Assembly: GCA_049967855.1 (NCBI GenBank)
Contig: JBMFRX010000001.1
Location: 1-64,000 of the forward strand
DNA: 64,000 nucleotides
Direction of reading: 5' to 3'
Origin: Caldisericaceae bacterium
GTDB taxonomy: Bacteria; Caldisericota; Caldisericia; Caldisericales; Caldisericaceae
The notes beneath the pieces are model-generated. The model had not been told where the DNA came from and made no database searches. It saw nothing but the letters and a program-made list of their open reading frames with translations. Below are positions 34,741 to 45,045 of this stretch, in pieces; the stretch's first letter is position 1, and each line of letters begins with the position of its first letter. The position numbers and the translations under genes are program-made.

Positions 34741-34860
34741 GCTCTGGTGGCCTTTCCGAAGGGGAAACACCCGTTCCCGTTCCGAACACGGAAGTTAAGC
34801 CCTTCAGGGCCGATGGTACTGCATGGTTCGCTGTGTGGGAGAGTAGGTCGCCGCCAGGGC
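34741..34860 (+). rRNA. rrf: 5S ribosomal RNA
   Basis: CTGGTGGC...CACCCGTTCCCGTTCCGAACACGGAAGTTAAG...GGGAGAGTAGGTCGCCGCCAG. Confidence 0.97.
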
Positions 34861-35061
34861 TTTTTTTATTTAGTAGAGGATTTCAATCAGAGCCACTTTA
34901 GAAATGAATTTGGACAAGGTTTTTATTTCTATGATGGTTGTGTTTAATCAAAATGCTTAGTCAGTTTACTCAATAAAAATCTAATCTGAGAACTTCAGCC
35001 TTCTTGACTATAAATTTATTATTCTTATACTGTTAAATATAGATTGATAAAGGAGTGAAAA

Positions 35062-38000
35062 ATGTTTGGAAAACTTGAAGATGTTGGAAAGATACCTTCC
35101 GAGGAAGAAAGGTTAATTGACTTCTGGAAGAAAAATGATATTTTCAGAAAAAGCCTTACAAATAGAAATGGACGAACTCACTTTGTATTTTTCGAAGGAC
35201 CGCCGACTGCCAACGGGAAACCAGGTGTTCACCATGGACTTTCGAGGATTTACAAAGATACTGTTCTGAGATACAAATCCCTTTCTGGATATTATGTCCC
35301 AAGACGCGGTGGCTGGGATACACAGGGGTTACCTGTTGAAATAGAAGTAGAAAAAATGCTCGATATACATACTAAAAGAGAAATTGAAGCATATGGCGTT
35401 GAGAAGTTCAATAAGCTGTGCAGAGAAAGCGTAATGAAGTACACCGAAGACTGGGAAAATATGACAGATCGAATTGGTTTCTGGCTTGATATGGAGAACG
35501 CCTACAAGACTTACGAGAATAAGTATCTCGAGAGCGTTTGGTGGCTATTGAAGCAAATATATGACAAAGGTTTGTTGTATGAGGGGCACAAGGTTGTGCC
35601 TTACTGTCCGCGTTGTGGGACTACCCTTTCTTCGCATGAGGTCTCTCTTGGATATAAAAAAGTCAAAGACCCTTCGGTTTATGTTTTCTTCCCAGTCAAA
35701 GACGATAGATTCCCAGATACCTCCCTTCTTGTTTGGACAACAACGCCATGGACTCTTCCATCAAACCTTGCTGCTGCAATAAACCCTGAATTTACTTATT
35801 TGCTTGTAGAGTATGAGGGTAGAAGGTTAATTTTAGCTGAGAATAGAGCGAGAGCTCTCTTTGGGGAAGATTTCATTGTAATCGATAAACTCAACCCAAA
35901 AGATATTGAAGGTTTGGAGTACGAGCCGCCTTTCGATTTTGGAACTTTGACCCCTGAAGAAAAAGAACAGTCTTTTAGGATTGTGTTTGGTGATTTCGTG
36001 ACCGCAGATGACGGAACTGGTATCGTTCATATTGCCCCAGCGTTTGGTGAAGATGATTTGAGAGTAGGCAAAACTTATAATCTCCCAATGCTTCAGCTTG
36101 TCGATCTTGAGGGTAATCTTACTGCAGGAAAGTGGAAAGGTATGTTTGTAAAGAAAGCAGACCCCCTGATTATTGAAGACCTTAAAGAGCGTGGATTGCT
36201 TTTCAAGAAAGAGCTTTATGAGCATGACTATCCATTTTGCTGGAGGTGTGGTACACCACTCTTGTACTACGCAAAAGGGTCCTGGTTTATTAGTATGAGT
36301 AAAGTGAGAGAGGCTCTTCTTAAAAATAACGAGCAAATCAACTGGTTCCCTGAGAATATAAAAAATGGTAGATTCGGCAATTGGCTCGAGAACATTAATG
36401 ATTGGGCTCTTTCAAGAGAGCGTTATTGGGGAACTCCTCTGAATATCTGGAAATGTCAAAAGTGTGGACACACTGAGTCGATTGGCAGCATCAAAGAATT
36501 GAGAGAAAAGGCAATCGAAGATGTTCCCGAAGACATAGAACTTCACAAGCCTTATGTTGATAAAATACACATTCGTTGCCCTGAATGTGGAGAGCCAATG
36601 GAAAGGGTTCCTGAAGTTATTGATGTGTGGTTTGATTCAGGCTCGATGCCATTTGCTCAGTGGCACTATCCATTTGAAAATACTAAGGAGTTTGAAGAAA
36701 ATTTTCCTGCTGATTTTATAACAGAAGCAATAGATCAAACGAGAGGCTGGTTTTATTCACTGCTTGCAATTTCTACTTTGGTCAAGGGTACATCTCCTTA
36801 CAAGACAGTGATGTGTCTTGAGCTTATATTAGATGAAAAAGGCCAAAAAATGAGCAAGTCAAAAGGAAACGTTATAGATCCTTGGACTATTCTTAACGCC
36901 CAGGGAGCCGATGCCTTCAGATGGGCTATTTATACTGCCTCTCCTCCTTGGAGTCCACGCAGGTTTGGCTCAACTGTAGTTCAAGATTCTCTAAAAGAAT
37001 TCATTATTCCTCTCAGGAATGTCTATTCATTTTTTGCGCTCTATGCAAATATTGATAAATTCGATCCAAAAGCTTCACCAAAAATCCCATATGAAAAGAG
37101 AAATATCCTTGATAGATGGGTACTCGCCAAGCTTGAACAAATAAACAAAGAAGTGATTGACCGATTTGACAAGTTTGAAATAACACCTATAACAAAGGAT
37201 ATAGAACACTTTGTGGAAGAACTCTCTAATTGGTATGTCAGACGTTCAAGAAGGAGATTCTGGAAATCGGAAAATGATGAAGATAAATTGGGTGCTTATC
37301 AAACTCTTTACGAAGTACTTTCAAAGCTATCTCTGATTCTTGCTCCGTTCACGCCTTTTCTTGCAGAAACCTTGTATCAGAAACTTGTAGGAGAAGTCTC
37401 CCCTGATGCTAAAGAGAGCGTTCACCTTACCGATTATCCTGTCCCGCGACTTGAGCTGATTGATGAGAAACTCATTGATGACACGGAGCTTGTAATTGGA
37501 GTTACTTCTGTTGGAAGGAGTCTGCGGAAAGAATCGAAAATCAAAGTGCGTCAGCCTCTTTCAAAAATCATACTCTCTGTGAAGAACAAAGAAGAAGAGG
37601 AGATTATAAAAGCACAGGAGTCTGTTATCCTTGAGGAGCTAAACATAAAGAATATCGAGTTTACTGATAACGTTGAATCTTTTGTGGAAATAAGTTTGAA
37701 ACCGAACCTGCCACTGCTTGGAGCTAAATATGGCAATAAGCTTCCATCGATAGTCAATAAGCTCAGCGAAAGTGAAATCAAGAAGGAGCTTCTTTCAAGT
37801 GGGAGAGTGAATATCGACAACGACATCTCAGTTAGCCTTAACGAAGTAATAATAGAAGTCTTGGGAAAGGACAATTTTATTGGGGCTTTTGATAATGGAA
37901 GGTTTATAGTAATTGATAAAACTTTAAATGACGACCTTCTTGCCGAAGGAATAGCAAGAGAAATCGTTCACGCTGTCCAGAATATGAGAAAAGAGGCAAA

Positions 38001-38187
38001 GCTTGAAATTTCTGACAGGATTATACTCTCTATTTCCCCTTTGAACGCTGCAGTCGAAAAGTACAGGGACTATATTATGGTGGAAACCCTCTCTTCGGCC
38101 ATATCGAGTTTTGATGATCCTATTTCTGAACAAGAAGTTAGAATTGATGAAAGGAATGTCTTTGCACTCAAGATTAAAAAGGCTTAG
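35062..38187 (+). CDS. ileS: Isoleucyl-tRNA synthetase, type 2
   Basis: FFEGPPTANG, GWDTQGLP, WTTTPWTLPSN, DWALSRERYWG, DQTRGWF, KMSKS, WYVRRSRRRFW; no C-terminal zinc finger; 1041 aa. Confidence 0.97.
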   Translation: MFGKLEDVGKIPSEEERLIDFWKKNDIFRKSLTNRNGRTHFVFFEGPPTANGKPGVHHGLSRIYKDTVLRYKSLSGYYVPRRGGWDTQGLPVEIEVEKMLDIHTKREIEAYGVEKFNKLCRESVMKYTEDWENMTDRIGFWLDMENAYKTYENKYLESVWWLLKQIYDKGLLYEGHKVVPYCPRCGTTLSSHEVSLGYKKVKDPSVYVFFPVKDDRFPDTSLLVWTTTPWTLPSNLAAAINPEFTYLLVEYEGRRLILAENRARALFGEDFIVIDKLNPKDIEGLEYEPPFDFGTLTPEEKEQSFRIVFGDFVTADDGTGIVHIAPAFGEDDLRVGKTYNLPMLQLVDLEGNLTAGKWKGMFVKKADPLIIEDLKERGLLFKKELYEHDYPFCWRCGTPLLYYAKGSWFISMSKVREALLKNNEQINWFPENIKNGRFGNWLENINDWALSRERYWGTPLNIWKCQKCGHTESIGSIKELREKAIEDVPEDIELHKPYVDKIHIRCPECGEPMERVPEVIDVWFDSGSMPFAQWHYPFENTKEFEENFPADFITEAIDQTRGWFYSLLAISTLVKGTSPYKTVMCLELILDEKGQKMSKSKGNVIDPWTILNAQGADAFRWAIYTASPPWSPRRFGSTVVQDSLKEFIIPLRNVYSFFALYANIDKFDPKASPKIPYEKRNILDRWVLAKLEQINKEVIDRFDKFEITPITKDIEHFVEELSNWYVRRSRRRFWKSENDEDKLGAYQTLYEVLSKLSLILAPFTPFLAETLYQKLVGEVSPDAKESVHLTDYPVPRLELIDEKLIDDTELVIGVTSVGRSLRKESKIKVRQPLSKIILSVKNKEEEEIIKAQESVILEELNIKNIEFTDNVESFVEISLKPNLPLLGAKYGNKLPSIVNKLSESEIKKELLSSGRVNIDNDISVSLNEVIIEVLGKDNFIGAFDNGRFIVIDKTLNDDLLAEGIAREIVHAVQNMRKEAKLEISDRIILSISPLNAAVEKYRDYIMVETLSSAISSFDDPISEQEVRIDERNVFALKIKKA

Positions 38188-39527
38188 ATGAAAACAAAAG
38201 TTTCTCCTGTTCAGTTTGTTGTCTTAAGCTTTCTTCTCGTTATTTTTACAGGGACAATACTTCTTATGTTGCCTATTGCAAGCAAGAGTGGAACGTTCAC
38301 TGATTTAATTACAGCTCTTTTTACTTCTACCTCTGCTACTTGTGTTACAGGTCTTGTTGTGGTGGACACTTTCGAGCACTGGTCTTTCTTCGGCCAATTT
38401 GTAATTTTGCTTCTCATACAAATTGGTGGGTTGAGCTATATGACTATAGCTACATTCTTCCTGATTTTTTCTGGGAGGAGAGTAACTCTCAAGGACCGTT
38501 TCATACTGAAAGAAGGACTTAACGCTTACAAACTTTCGGGTATTGTTTCATTTGCAAAATCCATTTTCTTTGTTGTAGCAACTTTCGAAGGTCTTGGAGC
38601 TTTTGCTTTGACTTTGAGATTCCTGAGGCAAACAGATTTTATTGACGCACTATGGAAGGGGATATTTCACTCTGTTTCTGCTTTTTGCAATGCAGGTTTG
38701 ATCTTATGGGTGGTTTTCAGAGCTTTACTCCGTACGTAAATGACCTTACTGTTATGCTTCTCATTGTAATTGGTGGTATCGGCTTTTTCGTAATGTATGA
38801 GCTGATTAACAAATTCATTGCCTATTTCAAAAATGACGAAACCAAGAAGCTGTCACTCCATACAAAAATAGTATTAAGAGTAACAGCGATTCTAATTATT
38901 GTTGGTGCTATCCTTATCCTTGTCTTTGAGTGGACTAACCCGAAAAGTATAGGTAGCCTACCGTTGAGAGGTAAAATACTTTCAGCCTTTTTCCAATCTG
39001 TAACGCCTCGTACTGCTGGATTTAATACACTAAATATAGCAGATTTGAGACAGACAACTCTTGTTGAGCTGATATTTTTGATGTTTGTTGGCGGTTCTCC
39101 AGGAGGCACCGCTGGCGGAGTCAAAACTACTACTTTCGTAGTCTTTTTGTTTCTTATATTCAGTGCCTACTCTGAAAGAACTCCTGTCGTGATTTCAGGA
39201 CGCACAATAAGGCTTGAAATACTTAGAAAGGCTGTTTTTATAATAAGTATTGCTTTTACAATTATTTTTGTCTCAACTATTCTTATCCTGGTTGCCCAGG
39301 GAAGTCAATTTTCCTTCTTGCAGGTTTTGTTTGAAGTAACTTCAGCATTCGGAACAGTTGGGCTAACCACTGGAATTACACCTAATCTATCTGATTTTTC
39401 AAGAATAGTTATAGTTACTACGATGTTTTTAGGAAGAGTTGGGCCTTTGAGTTTTGTTTTGAGTCTTGCCTCAAAAAAGAAAAAAGTACGACCCGAATAT
39501 CCTGAGGAAGATTTAGCGATAGGCTAA
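38188..39527 (+). CDS. ktrB: TrkH/KtrB potassium uptake permease, frameshifted near 38697-38699
   Basis: SATCVTGL, QIGGL, SAFCNAG in ORF 38188..38739; continuation FDLMGG...RTAGF, GSPGGTAGG, SAFGTVG, GRVG in 38652..39527; one T missing in GGT-TTT-GAT. Confidence 0.88.
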
Positions 39528-39536
39528 GGAGGAATT

Positions 39537-40193
39537 ATGAAAAAGCAATTTGGAGTGATTGGACTTGGTAGATTTGGCACTACCGTTGCCATTAATCTTG
39601 AACGGCTTGGTTATCCAGTGCTTGCAATTGACAGGGACAGAGACTTGATAGATTCAATAAAGGAATCTGTTAGCTTTGCCGATATAGTTGATGCCACAGA
39701 CCCAGAATCTCTTGAAGCGTGCGGCATTAAAAATTGTGATACGGTCATAGTTGCAATTGGTGATGTTGAGTCGAGCATTCTTGTTTCACTTTTGCTTGAA
39801 GAGTTCGGAATAAAGAATATTATTGCTAAAGCTGGCAGTGCAATACATGGCAGAGTTCTCCGTAAAATCGGAGTTAAAGAAGTAATTTTCCCTGAGGAGG
39901 ATATGGGTATCCGTGTTGCTAACAAGATAACGTCCGCAAACATTCTCGATTATATTGCAATTTCACCTGAGGTTGACCTGCTTGACTATAAAGCTACTAA
40001 GAAGCTTGCTGACAAGAGCCTGCGGGAACTTGCTTTGAGAAATCGTTTTGGCATAAACATCATAGCAATAAAGCGTGACGAAGACGTTATTGTATCTCCT
40101 TCAGCAGACGAGGTAATTAAGGAAAATGACGAACTTTTCATTATTGGCAGGACACCTGACCTGTTTGATTTTAAGAAGGAGTTTGAGGGATGA
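39537..40193 (+). CDS. ktrA: TrkA/KtrA NAD-binding potassium uptake regulatory subunit
   Basis: VIGLGRFG, DATD, IFPEEDMG, TrkA_C domain. Confidence 0.93.
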   Translation: MKKQFGVIGLGRFGTTVAINLERLGYPVLAIDRDRDLIDSIKESVSFADIVDATDPESLEACGIKNCDTVIVAIGDVESSILVSLLLEEFGIKNIIAKAGSAIHGRVLRKIGVKEVIFPEEDMGIRVANKITSANILDYIAISPEVDLLDYKATKKLADKSLRELALRNRFGINIIAIKRDEDVIVSPSADEVIKENDELFIIGRTPDLFDFKKEFEG

Positions 40194-40933
40194 CAAATTC
40201 AAAGGAAATCAAAATCAAAGCCATTATTTTTGACCTTTGGGAAACCCTTGTTGAGGACAAGGGCAACGAAGAAGTTGAAAGAGATGTGAGAAGGGCTGAA
40301 TTTATAATGGAAACTCTTAAATTACCTCAAAATATGAAGCCAAAATTACTCGATTTCTTTGGCATTTTAAGTGATGCTTTCAGGAATCCTTCAAGTGAAA
40401 ATGAGTGGTCTATTGTACCAGAAACTCAGATCGATTACCTTATCAGAATGCTCAAACTTCATATTAGCAAAGAGGAATTTGACACAATATATGATTTCTA
40501 TACTGAAAGCTTGCTCGATAAACCACCAACTTTTACTGAAGAATGCGTACCTCTCGTCTTAGAATCATTGAGTGGCAAATATAAATTGGCAATCATATCT
40601 AATACTGGCAGAAGCCCTGGAAAGACACTTATTGAAATGCTTGAGGAAATGAAGATCAGGAATTACTTTCAGGTTTTATCATTTTCTGATGAGCTTTTGA
40701 TGCGTAAACCTGACCCGAGAATCTTTGAAATCACGGTTTCCAAATTGGGAGTATTACCAAATGAGGCCGTGCACGTGGGTGATTCTTACAAGATGGACTT
40801 CTTAGGTGCACAATCTGCCAATGTGAATCCTTTACTTTATGCGAAGGGTGTAGATACTCCCAAGGCGACTCCTTTTATTAAATCGCACTTAGAGCTGGCA
40901 CAGGCCATCAGAGACAATTATGATACAGATTGA
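40190..40933 (+). CDS. HAD-family hydrolase
   Basis: IIFDLWETL, ISNT, KPDPRIF, HVGDS..MD..GA. Confidence 0.9.
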   Translation: MTNSKEIKIKAIIFDLWETLVEDKGNEEVERDVRRAEFIMETLKLPQNMKPKLLDFFGILSDAFRNPSSENEWSIVPETQIDYLIRMLKLHISKEEFDTIYDFYTESLLDKPPTFTEECVPLVLESLSGKYKLAIISNTGRSPGKTLIEMLEEMKIRNYFQVLSFSDELLMRKPDPRIFEITVSKLGVLPNEAVHVGDSYKMDFLGAQSANVNPLLYAKGVDTPKATPFIKSHLELAQAIRDNYDTD

Positions 40934-42401
40934 TGGGGAAAGTCTAACGACATTTGAAGTAGAGGAAGTTGCACGTTACAGGGAAAAAGTGCATCTTGAC
41001 AATCTTGCTTATGAGAAAATTGACAAAGCTTCAGCTTTCATAGATTCTATTTTGCAGAGTGGAAAAATTGTTTACGGAGTAAATACAGGATTTGGAAAGC
41101 TTTCAGAGACCATTATATCTGCCTCTCAAATTGGGGATCTTCAGGAGAATCTTATCAAGAGTCACTCTTCAGGCACGGGTAAACCGTTGAGTGAACAAGA
41201 AGTCAGAGCAGCAATTATTGTAAGAGCTAATACGCTTGCTAAAGGAAATTCTGGAGTCAGGCGAATAACAATAGAGAAGTTGATAGAGCTTTTAAACAAA
41301 GATATTTATCCGTATGTTCCTTCAATGGGTTCTTTGGGTGCTTCAGGCGACCTTGCGCCTCTTGCCCATATTGCGTTGCTCCTTATTGGAAGGGGGCGCC
41401 TTATACTTGATGGAGAATTAGTTGACTTCGATAAAGCTCTCCTTGAGAAAGATTTTCAGCCACTTGACAGATTGGCTGCGAAGGAAGGATTGGCACTCAT
41501 AAACGGAACTTCTTGCGAAACAGGAATATCTGCGCTCATAATAAGAGAATCTAAGTATATTTTTGAGGTTTCTTTGAAGGCAGCTGCCCTTTCTATGGAG
41601 GCACTAAAAAGCAAAAGCGATGCCTTTGATGAGAGGATTCATAAAGTAAGGGGAATTGCTGAACAGGGAGAGGTAGCAGCCAGGATTTTGAAGGAGATTC
41701 AGGGAAGTGCTCTAATTGATTCGAAGTCACGTGTGCAGGATGCTTACACGATAAGGTGCATCCCTCAGGTATATGGGGCAATTCTCAAATCAATGCGGTT
41801 TGTTGAAGAAACTATTGCACAAGAGCTAAATGCGGCTACAGATAATCCGCTTGTTTTTGCAGATGATGGTGATGTTATCTCAGGCGGCAATTTCCATGCA
41901 GAGCCAATCGCGTTTGCAATGGACCAACTTTCTATAGTTCTATCTGAAATAGGCAGTATTACAGAAAGAAGAGTCAACAGGCTTCTTAACCCAGTTTTGA
42001 GTGAACTGCCTCCATTTTTATCAACAGAATCAGGTGTTAACTCTGGATTAATGATACTTCAATACACTGCAGCATCACTTGTTTCTATGAATAAAATACT
42101 TTCTCATCCTGCCAGTGTTGATTCTATTCCTGTTTCTGCTGATCAGGAAGACCATGTAAGCATGGGAATGAATTCTGTACTTAAGGCACGAGAAGTGCTT
42201 GATAATATTAAGCGGATAGTTGCAGTTGAGCTAATTGCAGCTGCACAGGCCGTAGATATCGTAGGAATCGATAAGTTAGGAAAGGGAACGAGAGAAATTT
42301 ATGAGAAAGTGCGTGCCAATGTCTCTTTTGCACCGAAGGACAGGGAATTTGCTTATGACCTTGAAAAAATTTACAAAGCTCTTGAAGGAAGAGATATTTG
42401 A
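40920..42401 (+). CDS. hutH: Histidine ammonia-lyase
   Basis: YGVNTGFG, MIO motif GASGDLAPL, KEGLALING, QDAYTIRC.PQ, SGGNFH, QEDHVSMG. Confidence 0.96.
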   Translation: MIQIDGESLTTFEVEEVARYREKVHLDNLAYEKIDKASAFIDSILQSGKIVYGVNTGFGKLSETIISASQIGDLQENLIKSHSSGTGKPLSEQEVRAAIIVRANTLAKGNSGVRRITIEKLIELLNKDIYPYVPSMGSLGASGDLAPLAHIALLLIGRGRLILDGELVDFDKALLEKDFQPLDRLAAKEGLALINGTSCETGISALIIRESKYIFEVSLKAAALSMEALKSKSDAFDERIHKVRGIAEQGEVAARILKEIQGSALIDSKSRVQDAYTIRCIPQVYGAILKSMRFVEETIAQELNAATDNPLVFADDGDVISGGNFHAEPIAFAMDQLSIVLSEIGSITERRVNRLLNPVLSELPPFLSTESGVNSGLMILQYTAASLVSMNKILSHPASVDSIPVSADQEDHVSMGMNSVLKAREVLDNIKRIVAVELIAAAQAVDIVGIDKLGKGTREIYEKVRANVSFAPKDREFAYDLEKIYKALEGRDI

Positions 42402-42418
42402 AATGGAATTTTTGATTT

Positions 42419-42495
42419 GAAACAACAAAAGCCTGCGAAAAGGAGGAGCAAAACGCAGGCTTTTGTTTAAAAATTAATCAGTCTTTTCAACTGCA
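42419..42495 (-). ncRNA. Candidate small RNA ending in a terminator hairpin with an anti-SD loop
   Basis: Minus-strand TGgTATAAT at 42501-42509, then about 75 nt ending in the hairpin AACAAAAGCCTGCG-loop(UUUUGCUCCUCCUUUU)-CGCAGGCTTTTGTT. Confidence 0.45.
42424..42467. terminator. Bidirectional terminator hairpin downstream of hutH
   Basis: 14-bp perfect inverted repeat AACAAAAGCCTGCG/CGCAGGCTTTTGTT with T tracts on both strands. Confidence 0.75.
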
Positions 42496-42732
42496 TATAT
42501 ATTATACCAGAAATGTGAATAAAATGTGAATAATATGTTAAATCTCTTTTCTTGTTAAATAATGTCATAAATGCAAATTAAAATGAGGATGCTACTTACA
42601 TTTTGCTCATTATGATAGTTACTTAAAATAATAAATAATTTTAATCTCTTGCTCCTTATGGGATAAAGAACACTGAATTGGTGCTCATTAAATGGACTTC
42701 AATTTTTTGCCTAAGAAAACCTTGTTTTGCTA

Positions 42733-42760
42733 TTGACTATCTCTTGCGAAATTATATAAT
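42733..42760 (+). promoter_or_regulatory. Sigma70-type promoter of the maltodextrin operon
   Basis: TTGACT-16nt-TATAAT. Confidence 0.6.
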
Positions 42761-42814
42761 TTAATCAGAATTTGTTATTTAATATAACAAATAAAAGAGA
42801 ACAAGGAGGTTGGT

Positions 42815-44023
42815 ATGAAGAAAGTATTACTAAGTCTAGTAGTGTTAGTAATGGCGCTAAGCGCTTTTGCTGGATGTAAACAGCAAGCTCAGCCTGTGAC
42901 AATTACAATCTGGCACTCTTGGAGTGGCTCGGAGCTGGATGTGCTCAATGATGCAATTGCAAAGTACACAAAGGACCATCCTGAAGTTACAATCAATCAA
43001 TTGCAGGTTCCTTTTGATCAGCTTCAGAACAAGTATCAAACAGAAGCTGCTGGTGGCGGTGGCCCAGATATCCTTGCGGGTCCAGCCGATTGGATTGGCG
43101 CTTTCACAAAAGCGAATCTCATTGCACCAATTGATAGCTATGTCGATGCAAGTTTCCTTTCTCATTATGTAACCGGAGCAGTAGATCAGGTAAAGATTGA
43201 TGGCAAGATGATGGCTATGCCTGAGTCAACAGAATGCGTTGCGTTGGTTTACAACAAAACCTTAGTAAGCAGCGTGCCAGCAGACACTAATCAAATGTTG
43301 ACTTTAGCTGATTCGTTGCAAAAAGGAGATACATACGGACTAGTTTATAATACTGGTTTCTATTTTACTGCTGGTTACTTCTTTGCTGGGGGTATGCAGC
43401 TTTTCGATGCAAGTTATAACCCCATTGTGAATCAGGGAGATGGAGGGGTAAAGGCTCTGACATTCCTGAAGAATCTGACTCTTGATAAGAAGATAATTGC
43501 TGCCAATGACTACGGAAAAGCTGATTCACTTTTTAAAGAAGGGAAAGCAGCTATGATAATTAATGGACCATGGGCTGTTGGCGATTACGTTAAGGCACTT
43601 GGTGCAGATAAGGTCGGAGTTGCTCCAATGCCAGTTTTTGCAGATACAGGGAAACCTTTTGCACCTTTTGTGAACACCAAAGACTTTATGCTTAACGCAA
43701 ATTCAAGTGATGCGCAAAAGAAAGCCGCGATGGATTTTGTAAAATTCATGGTTGGTAAGGATATTGAGCAAGAATTCTTCTCAAAAGCAGCTCATATTCC
43801 TTCCAATGTTGATGTTGATACTTCGACAGACCCTATTACTAACGGCTTTATAACACAGATGAAAACAGGTGTTGCAATGCCAATTGTTTCTCAAATGGGC
43901 TCTGTTTGGGATCCGATGCAAACTGCCATTGATTCTGTAATGACAGGAAAAGCAACCCCACAGGATGCAATCAACGCTGCACAAAAAGCTATAACGGACA
44001 AGATAACACAAGCAGGAAGTTAA
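42815..44023 (+). CDS. Maltose/maltodextrin ABC transporter substrate-binding lipoprotein
   Basis: Lipobox FAGC; GPDI, DWIG, LVYNK, F.EGKAAMIINGPW, MP...QM..VW. Confidence 0.88.
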   Translation: MKKVLLSLVVLVMALSAFAGCKQQAQPVTITIWHSWSGSELDVLNDAIAKYTKDHPEVTINQLQVPFDQLQNKYQTEAAGGGGPDILAGPADWIGAFTKANLIAPIDSYVDASFLSHYVTGAVDQVKIDGKMMAMPESTECVALVYNKTLVSSVPADTNQMLTLADSLQKGDTYGLVYNTGFYFTAGYFFAGGMQLFDASYNPIVNQGDGGVKALTFLKNLTLDKKIIAANDYGKADSLFKEGKAAMIINGPWAVGDYVKALGADKVGVAPMPVFADTGKPFAPFVNTKDFMLNANSSDAQKKAAMDFVKFMVGKDIEQEFFSKAAHIPSNVDVDTSTDPITNGFITQMKTGVAMPIVSQMGSVWDPMQTAIDSVMTGKATPQDAINAAQKAITDKITQAGS

Positions 44024-44034
44024 ATAGAAAATTT

Positions 44035-44064
44035 TATGGGGGCTCAACCGCCCCCATTTTTTTT
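44035..44064 (+). terminator. Hairpin with U tract after the binding-protein gene
   Basis: ATGGGGGC-TCAACC-GCCCCCAT followed by TTTTTT. Confidence 0.65.
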
Positions 44065-44079
44065 GAACGGGGGTTTGTG

Positions 44080-45045
44080 ATGGTTGATAAATCAGATGTT
44101 GGATTATGGGATAAAATACGTAGAAATCGTCTGGCATATTACTATATTCTACCTGCAGGCATCGTTATGGCAGTTGTCACGGCATATCCAATACTTTATG
44201 AGGTTTGGATGTCTTTTACGAACTTTACGATTGTTAACCTTAGAAATCCTCATCCTGCATTTGTTGGGTTTTCCAACTTTATCAAGATATTCAAAAATCA
44301 AGTAGCGTTAGAAAACTTTAATTTCTGGAGGACTTTTCTTTTTGATATTTTTTGGACCATTTCAAATGTTGCTTTGCACGTGACAATTGGCATAAGCCTG
44401 GCAGTTGCTCTGAATACTCCAAGGCTAGCCTTCAAGAAAATTTACAGATCAATTTTGATTGTTCCGTGGGCTGTACCCTCTTACATAAGTGCTCTTATCT
44501 GGAAGAATATGTTTGATACTCAATTTGGTGCAGTTAACCAGTTACTTGCTAAGTTTGGTCTGCCTTCAAGTATACCTTGGCTTACCAGCCCCAATGCACC
44601 TATAAAAATCCTTTCTTTTCTTTCTTACGCATTCTATGCCGATCTGATAACCAATGTGTGGCTTGGTTTTCCCTTTATGATGGTAGTTGCTCTTGGCGCC
44701 CTCCAGAGCATTCCGCAAGAGATATATGAAGCTGCAGATATTGATGGAGTGAACGAGAGAGGCAAGTTTTTCAGGATTACTCTTCCTCTAATAAGAACCG
44801 CAATGACCCCTGCTATAATGCTTGGTATTGTCTGGACTTTCAACCAGTTTAATGTAATTTACCTCGTGAGTGGCGGAGGGCCGCTTGGTACGACTGAGAT
44901 TCTCGTAACCCAGGCCTTTAAGCTTGTAAATCCTGGAGGGGTCTATGGAATAGCAAGCGCATTTGGATTGATTGTTTTCTTTATTTTGCTTGGTATTACG
45001 CTTATTACCAATAGAATATCAAAAGCTACGGAGTCTGCAACATGA
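44080..45045 (+). CDS. Sugar ABC transporter permease (MalF-like)
   Basis: PWAVP, WLGFPF, EAA motif YEAADIDG, FNQFNVIYL. Confidence 0.92.
   Translation: MVDKSDVGLWDKIRRNRLAYYYILPAGIVMAVVTAYPILYEVWMSFTNFTIVNLRNPHPAFVGFSNFIKIFKNQVALENFNFWRTFLFDIFWTISNVALHVTIGISLAVALNTPRLAFKKIYRSILIVPWAVPSYISALIWKNMFDTQFGAVNQLLAKFGLPSSIPWLTSPNAPIKILSFLSYAFYADLITNVWLGFPFMMVVALGALQSIPQEIYEAADIDGVNERGKFFRITLPLIRTAMTPAIMLGIVWTFNQFNVIYLVSGGGPLGTTEILVTQAFKLVNPGGVYGIASAFGLIVFFILLGITLITNRISKATESAT

Noticed and set aside
34861..35061. T-box leader upstream of ileS
   Set aside because: No T-box consensus (GGTGGNACCGCG) or terminator; a promoter lies only about 30 nt before the start.
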